From contig CM120642.1 in the NCBI GenBank assembly GCA_051362555.1, positions 6,138,001 through 6,202,000 of the forward strand: a stretch of DNA of 64,000 bases. Reading direction: 5' to 3'. This DNA is from Lingula anatina. Taxonomy: Eukaryota > Animalia > Brachiopoda. Each line of letters opens with the position of its first letter. Positions within the stretch are counted from its first letter, which is position 1. Below, in pieces: positions 1 through 11,982 of the stretch. The translations under genes were made by a program, and so were the position numbers. The notes beneath the pieces were generated by a model that saw nothing but the letters and a program-made list of their open reading frames with translations, searched no databases and was not told where the DNA came from.

Positions 1-1957
1 TTTTTTCTTTTTTTTTACGAGAGTTTAATTGATGTTAACCATGTTTTATAACCTTCCTCAAAGCAATCCTCCATTATTTTATAGGCCTACCGTTTTACCA
101 CATACCGTTTTACCACATTGACATAGAACCACGATCAAACCTTTATTCAGAGGTGACCTTTGCTAAGTCAGAGAAGCGGTCAATTATACCCTCTCCCCCA
201 CCAACGGATCTGAGTTTATGAACACCAATAACACTTATGACTCTACACTCAACGGAAAAAGTTTTATCATTATTTTATTAACCTGCATTAAGTACAATGG
301 AAAAACCTTTTCAGATAAAATCGGTCGAATTCGAAGTTCTCAGATTTTTCGTGCTGACATGCAAGCCACATTGTCTGTTTTCACGCATGACATTGCGTGC
401 GTTTTACACCTTTTTATTATAGATCATGCACCGAAATTGCCCATTGTTACTTGCAGATGAACTTGTCGATCTTCTAGTCGGGCTGTAACTGATAAAGGGA
501 CAGAAATAAAGTTTTTTATACTTTAACTAATTGTTCAAGGGGCAGGTTATGGGATTTTTCACGGAAATAATGCAAGTTTCCCTAAAAATGGCTGATCATG
601 GCTATAACTGTTAAAGATTACTCATTTATGATTTTTAATGTATCACAATTTTCCCAATTTGTTTTAGAATTCCAAATGTTTTAGAGTCATAAGTCGGGTT
701 CCGTCTCTGTAAAACATGGGGTGCGGGTCAAGTGCGAACTCGGTTCAAGCCACGCCAGCACTGGTCATCGTAGGGGGAGAGGAACAGATTGGAGAAGACT
801 GGACACGGTCCACCAAGATAGAGGTTTACAGGTTGCTGGGGTAAGTATAATTCTTTAAATTATAAGCATGGGGACCACAGAAAACGCACTGGAGATGAAT
901 ACACATTATACATATTTGCCATCCTATAAAACTGTCAGAAAATATCGCAACTTCAAATACATTTTCGGTGATAAAATATGTACGTTTTCTGAACCAGATA
1001 TAAAGGTATAGACACGAAACAAATTTGGATATGAAGTAAACGTTGGAGTAAAAAAAAAATACCCATGTTAAGTAACGGGAAATCATAGTTTTCATATCGA
1101 GTCTTGATCTAAAAAATAACGATGACTATAACTTTTTTATTCTAACTGCGAAATTATTAACTTTTTACAGCTGCACGTTTTTGAAATCGTTTGATCTTCC
1201 CGGCAAGAACGGACATAATTTGATTGGTGGCTACTCGGTATCTGGACATAGCAGCAAGCCGCTGATTTTTATAACAGGTAATGTAAAGAAAATAATCCTT
1301 ATAAGCTATGGAATTCCAGGCTACCGTTTTTCTCCACACAGTGATAAACTCGTATCAGTGTAATTTTGCATCCATGTTTCGCGCGATTTCTTTTAATACC
1401 ACGGGCAAGTTCAAGGGCTGTTTTTTCGATACTCTGTTTCGATATATAAAGAATTTACGAAATACAAAGAAATATGTCTGCTGTCTTTAGAAAGTTCTCT
1501 TGAAAAAAGGGGCTTCTTCACTACCGCATTCTCTGCCATTGCTACTGTAGTGAGTTTCGCCCTGCAGTCACAATAGCCCCAAACAAAATTTCGTGCTTGA
1601 CGTGTGTTTGCCGTACCAACTGAATTCTTATTACATTTTCATTAATCAGGACGACCGTCCACTATGCAACAATATCTGGCTTTATATTCATTTAGCATGG
1701 GGGATGTGAGAGACATGTTTTTAACCGCGTCAAACAAAGTTATGATAAATAAATAAAGTGAAAACTATCAGCAAAAGTTTAGTATTTTAGGAAATCTTTA
1801 CAGCACATGACGGAAGAGACGGGAGACATAATGTCAATAGTATCACCCTGGGTTAAATAAACGTATTTTTCTAAACTATATATTACCGCATTTGAACTTC
1901 TCGTTTAGAATTTTTCGTTAAAACTAATACCGCCCCCTTTTTTTTATCTCACTACAG

Positions 1958-2655
1958 GAGGCTACTATAAAGAAGACAAGGAACCAACACAGGAATTCTG
2001 GAAGATAAATCTCTCCCAGTCTCCAAATGAAAGCTACATGGAACAGCTGCCAGACATGCCTGTGGCCATGAAGGATCACAAGTCCTGTATTCTGACTTCT
2101 GACAACGAGGCATTCCTTTACATAGTCGGCAACAAAAATGTCAGTCTACGTTTTAATTTTTCCAGCGAAACTTGGGAGCATCTTCCCAAGTTACCCGAGG
2201 AAATGGCAATCATTCAAGGTCTCCATTATGTAGGAGGCATATTGTACTGTATGGGTGGAGGCTCCATGTACTCCCACAAGCCATCAGAGGGGATAAAGGG
2301 ATCATGGAACATGTGCATAGATGATAACAGTTTCCCACATGGACTTACAGCAGATGCTGCAGGAAAAATATACACTTTTGCTACTGGAAAATCTCTCCAC
2401 GAGTTTGAGCCCCAGTCTCGACTTCTCTCCAAAGTCTGCGATATTAATCCACTGGACATACAGGGTCATGGGGCAATGGTGGGATTTGGGGACAGGACCA
2501 ATTCATACCTGTATTTCACTGGAGAACATAAAAAAGACACGAAAGTGGATGTGAACAGGGTGATAGAGTTTGATTTAGAAATGCATAGAGCTGTAGTCGC
2601 TGGATATCTTAAACATAAGAACCATGGACATGTTGGGTTAATTGTTCTTATGTAG
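1958..2655 (+). CDS. Terminal coding exon of a divergent kelch-repeat (beta-propeller) protein gene; upstream exons not identified in this window
   Basis: Polypyrimidine acceptor tttttttttatctcactacAG ends at 1957. Phase-1 frame reads (G)GYYKEDKEPTQEFWKINL..YMEQLPDMPVAMKDHKSC..LYIVG..WEHLPKLP..LYCMGG..HGHVGLIVLM*, with kelch-like GG, W and P-M-P motifs. AATAAA sites follow near 2908 and 3012. Confidence 0.75.
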
Positions 2656-3745
2656 ACAATGCCTTGTTTTATACAAGAGGATTGTGACTAAGCTTGAGAA
2701 AATTGTTGTATTTTGCCAACATGTTTAAGAACCTTTGTGAAAATGGTTTCATACTTCAGAAGCTGAATGGAACTAGAATAACTTTCTTCTGAACACAAAC
2801 AGATAGTATTACACTAACTGAAGTTTTTTCTTTAACTTTTTATGAATGGATGTCATTTTAACAATCATTTCACTTTATCTTTTCGTTTTGAAAATCTTTT
2901 TTGTTTCAATAAATTTACTTATAATATTGTAAACATAATGAAAACCACAAAAACTGACATGAAAATGAATTTCATTCTTTAAGAACAAAAGATTTCTCTT
3001 CACTGTACTGTAATAAATATGTATAATTTTCCTCCATAGATCATGTACAATAAATATGATTCATTCAACAGCACTTCCTGTGCTAATTCAAAACTTGTGA
3101 TGGTTCATTTATAATTCACAATGTTGTTATCCTTATGGATAAAAAATGACACAATCAATAACACTGAAAATATGCAGCAACAAAGTTTCCATTTACCTTC
3201 ATAAATGCTGTCTATTTGTCATTGTTTACCTACTGAAAGCAAATGCTGCCTCCCTGTCTCAACGATTCTTCAAAATTCGCTTTAGATTCTTCGCTTTTTC
3301 AAACAAGCACCTGTAAAATCCGCATTAATGTCTCCAAGTGCATGTATACATGTACACTAAGTGATAAGCATACCATCTGCTGAGATGATTTACATCGAGT
3401 CAACCTCTAACACATCTTAGACCCATGATGAAAGCACAGCTCCCATGCCAAATGCCAGTAAAATAGAGGTCATAATATTTTGTGCATTTGTTCTGGTTAC
3501 TGGTCAGTGTTTCTGCTTTAGCCCAAAAGATTCCTAGACCTTTGGAGATTTAAATTCTTGGCCAAGACTGCTCCCAATTCCCATATACCTCTGGCATTTC
3601 TTGAAACCATTTACATGAACAACTTCCATCTCTCATATTGTAAAAACTATGGTGATGGCAACCATACAATTTTTTAAAATTTAGTTGTCATTTTATATAA
3701 TCCAACTCCAGTATTTCCTGGAGGACCTCCACAGATCAATGCCTG

Positions 3746-4571
3746 CTATACGTGCACCATTCCATACAAAAATCTGAACACAGGGTTAAGAAATTTAGGC
3801 TTGAAAGATTTTAAATTACTCTCAAATCATATCATTATCTATGATTTTATACTCCTTGTTTAGTTAATGCCTAATGTTCAATAGAAAGTTCTTATCTTAA
3901 AAAAACTGTACACTGTTAACATTTTCTGTTATATATATATAACTTTAAATTTAGGACACTTTAGGGAACATGAAATACAAACATTTTGTTTTTTACTCAC
4001 CCAATTAATAATTGAAAAGGATACGTCCAAAATAAAATATATGTCTGGAAGGAAAATCTGTCAAGGAAAACAGAAGAGAAGTCAATATTAACAAGGTTAC
4101 CTATATTTTCTTTCTGCTATATATTCATTGTACAGATTGTGTTAATCCCCATACATATCTCCAGTAATCTAGGATGCAAGTTACATTTGTAGGTTAACAA
4201 TGAAAATTTTTGAAAGCAAAAAAAAAGAAAATAGTGTAAAATAAGTATAATATTATCCATGTTAACAAGGATACAAATAAACCTCCTAGTAATCCTCCTG
4301 TAAAGAAACCTATTCTGGATCTGAAATATCTGTGCCACTGGGATCCTGCCTTCATCAACAGCATCACCTAATAAAAGAGAAAAGACTATATTCTGTATCA
4401 AATATCAAAATCAAATGTAGCAATGACAGCTAAAACTATATTCTGTATCAAAATCAAATACAACTGTAAGAAACCTTAACAACATTAAATGACCCCACCC
4501 TTTTTTTTTTTGGGGGGGGGGGGATGTCTTTAATCTTTCTATTTTTTTGAAATTATAAATTTCAATTTTTC

Positions 4572-4605
<34 letters not shown>

Positions 4606-5179
4606 TTTACAATCCTTGCTATAATATGCTACGCTAGGCAGTTATTAGGGACAATGTTCAAATTCTATTTAAAAACAAAAATATTATGTGCAAAGAAACA
4701 TACTGATAAAATGAATGCAGTAACAAAGTAAAAAATAAATCCAAACAATCCAGTCAGTCCCAGTATCCCTGCAGTAGACCCAGACAGCGCAGACATCGAT
4801 GTTCTACAGTAATCCAAAACAGCTGCATTCTGACGCATGGACACCTCACTGTAGGCTGTTGGTTCTTTTAATGAAAACAGAAATAAATGTTATGGGCATT
4901 GAAGAGTGATCTCAACTTGTTGAAAAATATTATTATCACACAAGACGTACAAAGGAACCGGCGGCAAGGAGTTTTATGGTGCTCGACTACCTACATATAT
5001 GGCATGGCAAATTCCTTGATTATCTTGCAATAAATTTAGAAATCAAGATTATCAAGTGTACGTCGTTGGCAGATATGTGCCTTTTATTGTAAATGCCCTG
5101 TTTTTATCAAATCAGGGCAGAGTTAATTACCTTTTCTTGTGGACCGTCTCGGTGTTTTCACTGCCATGGTGGTCGCCAT
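3746..5179 (-). CDS. EMC6: ER membrane protein complex subunit 6 (EMC6/TMEM93); five coding exons 5179-5131, 4864-4704, 4367-4275, 4044-4025, 3773-3746; 116 aa
   Basis: Spliced translation [116 protein letters not shown] matches EMC6 motifs ([43 protein letters not shown]). All introns are GT-AG, and the exon lengths 49+161+93+20+28=351 nt keep frame. Confidence 0.96.
3774..4024 (-). other. EMC6: U12-type (minor spliceosome) GT-AG intron, EMC6 intron 4
   Basis: 5' splice site GTATCCTTTT; branch-like TTTCTTAAC (3793-3785) about 12 nt from the 3' AG; no extended polypyrimidine tract. Confidence 0.88.
4045..4274 (-). other. EMC6: U12-type (minor spliceosome) GT-AG intron, EMC6 intron 3
   Basis: 5' splice site GTATCCTT; U12 branch-like TTTTCCTTGAC (4070-4060) about 16 nt from the 3' AG. 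Confidence 0.88.
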
Positions 5180-5428
5180 TTTTATAAGATGCGGAGTGAA
5201 TAGATTGGAATCTATTCATTTTGAAATTTTACAACGTATAACTTAAAGTTTTGATAAAATTTAATGTTAGATCGATTAATTTATAACACACAGTAAATAT
5301 AAATATTTCAGGAAGTAGAAGAAAAAACCAAAACATTCAGCTGCGGAATTGCTCTTGCGCAGGACACCTGCGCAGAACTCAAAGTGAGCCAGGGGGGCAA
5401 AAAAGTTTATGAAGTATTTTATTCAGTT
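5174..5428. promoter_or_regulatory. Putative bidirectional promoter between EMC6 (-) and the KLHL5-like gene (+)
   Basis: YY1-like AAAATGGCG overlapping the EMC6 ATG (5174-5182, - strand); palindrome TGCGCAGG-ACA-CCTGCGCA (5356-5374) with NRF1-like half sites; initiator-like TCAGTT at 5423-5428 on +. Confidence 0.5.
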
Positions 5429-5491
5429 GCTGTTCATTGAGAAAGCCCTGTAAAGAAAGCGTAAAGTAGAGTGTAGGCTACACACAAGAAG
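5425..5491 (+). other. Candidate non-coding first exon of the KLHL5-like gene
   Basis: Starts at the Inr-like TCAGTT and ends at a strong donor AAG|GTAAGG (5492). Confidence 0.45.
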
Positions 5492-7355
5492 GTAAGGACA
5501 CTTAACGAGGGCACTGACAATGAACATCCAGTGGTGAAATCGAAAGCACAATCGCTGTGAGAAATTAGTTGAGAGTGGTCGTTGGATCATGATTGTGCTT
5601 GGAGTATGCTGCACAGCAACTGTTTTAGAAGAAAGCAACAAAAAGACGACATTCATTCAAGCCAGTGCTTGTAATAAAGTTTCCAAATTAACGGGCAATG
5701 TTTAACATGTTGCACAATTGCTGTAAATATCCACATTATAGTGCATGTCATTCATTATGTTTAGACAAAAACTTTATGATATAGTTGTAATAAGGAGAGC
5801 TTGAACTGAAGCTGAGTGACTGTGGGGGGCGTCTAAACTCGAGCCCTTTTCACATTCCATTATATCTTAGCGATATAGCATTGCCATTACATGTTGAAAT
5901 GTTCTACCATAAAATTATGCTACAGAGGAGTTTGCTTCCTTTCACAAATTAGCTTTCTGACGTTTAGGAGAAAGTTAATCAGTTGAGCTTGTTATGCACA
6001 GCCTGACAGGGGTGGGGTTAGGTTTACTATCCAATATGATAGCCAGCCTTTTACGTTGTCAGTTTCTGAACAGTATACATTGTAAATAAAAGAAGTTAGT
6101 GCACAAGTTGGGTGAGTGATTACATATGATAAATATGTATTGTCTCTGAAAAGTTAACATGCAGCAAAGGTATACAGGTTTAAAACTGTGTTGTGAAACT
6201 TAATCATTTTGTGATAACACTCATTTCAAGTCATTAGCTTGTTAAAAACTAGTCAACAGTCATGTCTTGTTATATGTCATTCTTTGTATTAAGGTATATG
6301 GAATGCAGTGGGGTGAGTAATAATGAAGTGTTAAAGGTAACACTTAAGGTCTCTGACATGTTAACCTGGTGTCGATGAGTCATTTTAGACTTAATCGGAA
6401 ATTTGTGTGTGTGGAAAAGATGCACAAAATTAAGAAAGTACCTACAGGACTTAATGTCAAAAACATATCAAAAACAATTTGAATTGATTAATTGCACATG
6501 TTAATTTTTTCATAGTTTTTGACATTGTGACGGTGAGTGGACCCTTGGGATGCCTTTAACACAATGTTAGATGAAATGAATATGTGTATGTGCCATTCCC
6601 AAAAGGTCCTTTTGTAGTCAACCTTTTTTGCCGAGAGGGCCATTTGAAGTAATATGGTACTCTAAGTAATATATCAAGTTTTTTTATAGGTTTTGTTTTT
6701 GCAACGATCCTTATCTTTTGGTTATATATTTTTGAAAGGTTTCTTTAAGTGAAACAACATGATAATTATAAGATAATTTATTGTGAAACCAGCTTTCATT
6801 AAGAGTAGCATTAGTGATTTGGCAAAACTGGAAACCAGGCCAAGTGTGACAACTGTTTTCACCATGTGATAAAAATATATTTCAGCTGTCAAAATAGGAG
6901 GAAATACCATTAAATTGAAAAAAAAAATCACTTGAGCAAAAGCTGTTTGAAATCATACTTGTAAATGAATACCTTTTTTTAATGAATGACAAGCTTACCA
7001 TAAGAAAAGAAATTTATCTTTATTAGTAAAAGATCCCCATCATGTCAAAGGAGAAGATCACACTTTTTCCATTCATGATATCATCTAGTTCTATCTGTAC
7101 ACTTATAAGTAAGTTATGACTTTATGGCCAATAAGAATATCTGTTTTTGAAAAATAATTCCTATTCGGTAAGACTTTTTTGGTATAGACTTTAAAGCTCA
7201 ACATGGAAATCTGTATCTGTGCACTTATCTTATTACTGTATCTCATAGCTATATATAATCATATTACTGTGAAGTTATGTCAATTATGCATGATTTAACT
7301 TTGGTTGGTTTTTAGATAATTGTTTTTCTTGATCAATTAACTTTTTGTCTTACAG

Positions 7356-7454
7356 GCTCGCAGCTGAGATTCGATCACTGTTGCAGTTGAAGCTATGTCA
7401 GTCATCTTACTTAGGCATCACGCATGCAGTGAGCAGTCATAATTCTTCCTGGCG
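7356..7454 (+). other. Candidate 99-nt 5'UTR exon of the KLHL5-like gene, containing a 15-codon uORF
   Basis: Acceptor ctttttgtcttacAG| and consensus donor GCG|GTAAGT; contains ATG TCA GTC ATC...TCA TAA. Confidence 0.55.
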
Positions 7455-10400
7455 GTAAGTCTTTTATGAACTTTCTATGCCTGATTCTGGCCTCAGGGTT
7501 ATGGTACGGAATTGACCTTTTTGGACAAAATTTATGTGGCTCATTTTTGCCATTTTGTCCATGATTTTGCTGATGTGTAGATTAAGTCAGAAAGTGATAT
7601 AAGATTTAAAGATGATGGTCTGTCAGAAAATCTTTGCCAGCTGATGGTAGGTGACATCTTTGATAAACTTATATGGCACAACTCTGACACAGACTGCTGC
7701 TGTTGGATACATCTCTGTTTTTGTAAGAAACCGTTTTCACCACTTTAATACCAATTTTGATGACATGCATGTTTGGTGAAAATAACAAGGTGATGGTATA
7801 TTTTTAATGTTGGAGTGATGGCAGTGATGTTTATTACTGGGTTTAAGTGTAAGTGTTGTTAGTGTACACACCCTTGAAGCTACAGTGAGAACAGGTGTTG
7901 CAAGTAATACGCCAGGTCTTATCTACACCAGGTAACACCAGGCTGTTTTGATGCTTGCAGGTAACCCATTTTTCTCTGTAATGTTGGACATTAAGATTTT
8001 TTGTTGAGGACTGCATTTTGAACTGTGTCTGCAATTGTATATGATATATTAAATTACTGACATAATCATATTGTTGATGAATCATTTCTAATTAATCTGG
8101 ATATATCCATAACATTATTAATGACAAGCAGTGCTGTTTTTTTATATCCCGACCTTCCATTATTCCATATTGCTTTTCATGTCACCTTTCTCAGGAGCAA
8201 GGTGTTAAGAAACAAAATTGAGCATCAAAATTGTGAATTATAGTGGATGTATCGTGGTATGTCCCAAGATAAGGCAACTCCCAAGATTTGCCCAACATAA
8301 GATCAGTTGACAGCTTACTGTGTGTACTACTTCTTTCTCTAGATATATCATATTTGACTCTCCAGATGGTGTAACCTAATTATTTCATGTAATTTGATCT
8401 TTATAAGGGTAAGCAAGACAAAGGCATTGTTTGATAGTGCACTTGAGCTTGATGGCTTTTTCTAAGTGAACATGATCTATAAAATATGAAAATATCACAG
8501 CATTTTATATCTACAGTGCTCATTTGTTAACCTTACATAAGGCTAGGCTGTGTGACTCAGCTAAGAGAAGAGAGTCCAGTAGCCTTACTCCAGGATGTGT
8601 AAATCAAATGCAAATTTTCTGTTGCAACTTTCTCATTCTTTTGTGCCAGATACGGATCTGCAAGGAAGGTTAATGTGTGGAAATTACATTCTGTTGCCAT
8701 TGTGAAGAAGAGAATTAGATTATTCTGTTGATTTTTTACTTTCTTTTGTAATCCCCAGTGAGTTTTTTTTTGCATTTCTCTGTGATCAGCAAGGATTCTG
8801 CAAACTTCACTTGAAAGGATCCATCTGCATGCTCACTTGCTGTATCATCACTTCAAATATTGGCTTGGAAAATTAGGTGCATTTTTTTCTTTAATATACT
8901 AGTACTCACACGCATATTTTAAAAAGTAAATATTGCAGTATTTTGAGAATTGCATCCAAGCTAAATGTGTGTGATAGTGATTTACATGTGGTTCTCCAAG
9001 TTGAATTTACTGGATGGTTCTTTATATATAAATATATTTAATGAATTGAAATCATAATTAAATTGTTTTGATATTAAATTGTCCTGTTCCATTTCCTTAA
9101 TACCACAGCACTGGCAAAATCTGTACCAAAGGCACCAATTTGGAAAAAACTAAGGCAGTCCCATTCGACACATATATATTTAATGACAAGTATCTAAGAA
9201 CCCAGTAGTGTCTGTAATACATTTCCTTTAGAATTGCTTATCACCTTCTTCCAGTTAACTGAATAGAGATCAATAAAGTTTAACTATCAAGATTTTCTAC
9301 TATGAAAAGATTTAATTGTCTATAAAATGCCAGGTCCCGTTTGGCTGTGCTATGGACACAGAGTGGCCCATGAGACTCAATTTATGTTCTCAATTGGTCA
9401 GTCTTTGTGGAATATGATGAAGATGTGATATTTTTCAACTTCGTCTCATTTGAATTATTTCTTTCAATATATATACTAAGCAGATATCCTGATGCAAATG
9501 TCTGCTTCTGATTTTTAAAAATCAGGTTATATGCTATTTATCAGTGATAAAATAAATGAAAAAGAATCAACAGCCAGAATGCATAAAACCGGTTAGCAAC
9601 CCTAATAGTGACATTCTCATTTACTGTCATTGAAGGTCATATCTGATTGACCTGAAATCCCTTAGTGCCAAAAGACACTTTCCTCTTACTAAGAGATAAG
9701 CCTTTAGTTAATTGCCTTTCAGCCACAGTATTTGCTATTAATTGTGTTTCCTTCATGATTCATTTGTGCGCAAATTATAGGTTTTTACATATGATTTTGA
9801 ATTTGCACCAGTTTCAACATTAGCAACAGCTTTCCCTTACTGCATTATCATTTTATTATATATTTTGCATTTAACAATAGGTTGCCTTTTTTTTTTTTTT
9901 TTCGAATTGAATGCTTTCACTTCTCTCCTATGTTGCCTAGACATTAATTTTTTCAACACACTTAGCAAAATGAGAATACTCCAGGAAATCCTAGACTTAA
10001 TGCATCCCCTCTCTGGGAGTTTCCTGTTTCCAGCTCAATTTGAACACTCCATTAACTTCAGTGTATCTTTACTTAAAGTATAATGAAGTGAATCATATGT
10101 AATTTTCCTCTCTGTATGTCTGTGTACATATGAACCACTGTGACAGGATAATGATCCTGAAGAATTAGTGGACGTATATTTTGAATATTGACCAGTGTGG
10201 AATAAGTAGATGCACTTCTGAACCTAGGGTCTTTGGTAAAGGTCGACTGAACATACTAGTTGTTAACTAATGGGATTTGAAGAGCATTCTGAGGAGCATC
10301 CAAAGGTGGGTGAAACTATCTTTTTTATTGGGGACTAGAGAAACATACTTTGTTGTTGAAATCTGAGTTTAGCTGTTTGTTATAGGCGACTCTTGAAGAA

Positions 10401-11982
10401 GGAAGTATACTTAACAAATGATAACGAATTCAAATTCCAATATCACGTACTGTACTAGTGTTATGTAAACAGAATAAGCCCAGATGTGGTGACATGCTCA
10501 TCAGTAAAGGTGTGACTGATTTGAAATTCAGATTTTATGTAAAAGCTAGAGCATAATAGTAAGACTTTACATGAATATCTCAGTCCTACTGAAATGTCCA
10601 TTGAAGACTGAGGTAGGGATAGCTATATAATGTGATGATATCAATAACTGAAGTCGTGTAAACAAAGTTGCTCATTGAAGATATATTAAAGATTATTGGT
10701 TTGATTGTATACTTTCATTAAGATATAACATATCTCCGTGATACCAGATAAAATATTTTACTGTGATCTTAGAGCGAGTGATGGAGCCATTTCACAGATG
10801 TGTCTGCATGTGTGCATCTGTTAATGCATGTTCTCACTGACACGCTTAAAAGCATACAGTCTAGACCTGTGCAACTTCTGTAAGGAAACCAGGCTGAAAA
10901 AAAGCCCGTCAGTGCTATACTGATAACACCAGTGCTTCATAGACTACGGTAATTGCTTAGTATTTTTATCCACCTCACAGTTTTTCCTTATTCAATATTT
11001 TCATTTTTTTTTTCGAAATTTACCATTTTCAAACACTCACAGAAATAAACTTCATGACATGAAGCCAATTAGCTTTTTAAAACTTAGGAATCAACATAAC
11101 AGTTAGGTATTACCAACAAAGCATTTATATTTGGCAAAAATTATCAATTCAAAGTTGTTCAAATTTCTAGAGTGATTACTGTAATAGAGCTGCCTGCCTG
11201 ACATCAGTGGCTTATGATTAGGGTTATTAGGAGTCTCTCGGGATACCAATCTAAGAAGGTCTATCACATGGTCATTGAATACTACTTTAGAACGCAGTAT
11301 GGACACTAAACAGTGGGTTTTACAGCCATGTCATTTGAGAGTACTTGGAGTTAACAAACACCATTACTTTTCCACAGTACAGCCCCCTCCCCCTCACATA
11401 CACACACACGCACACACAGATATCTAGCACTCTCAGTATATTTTTTCCGTGAAGTATTCCATCTGAAATCTATTGGTATTGGTTTATTGGTACCTTTTTT
11501 TTTTGCTTTCCCTTTCCCACCCCCTTTTTAGACTTATTTTTACCTGTACTGAATTGCCTGAGTCATACAATATTGCAATTAGATTAGTGAGACAAAATTA
11601 ATATAAGAATTTAATTGGGTTATTCCTGACCCAACTAATATGGTAACAAAGGCCAAACATTCATGCACAAATCTAGGCCAACAGAATGTGCTCTCTGATG
11701 GCAAGACCCTAATAAATTTCTTTTTACTCTGTGAGATATATTCTGAATTGAATGTGTGATGAATGCAATTTAGATTGGTTACCTTGTAATAGGTTTGCTG
11801 TAGGTCATGTAACACTGTCAGATGGGATATTAGCTCACTAGGTTGCATATGGTTATCACTTGAAATTCCATTTGTATAAATGTGAATCTTATAAATGATT
11901 ATTGGTGTTATGGGAAAGGACAAAAACCAAGTTGCCTTGGATTACTGTCAGTGCTATAGTGCTTCAAGACTGCAAATGGTAA

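Noticed and set aside
240-1860. CpG-richer segment that may be non-autonomous DNA transposon sequence
   Set aside because: No convincing paired TIRs, TSDs or second copy could be defined by eye.
4117-4401. 94-aa minus-strand ORF from the ORF track
   Set aside because: It overlaps EMC6 exon 3 in a different frame and runs through introns.
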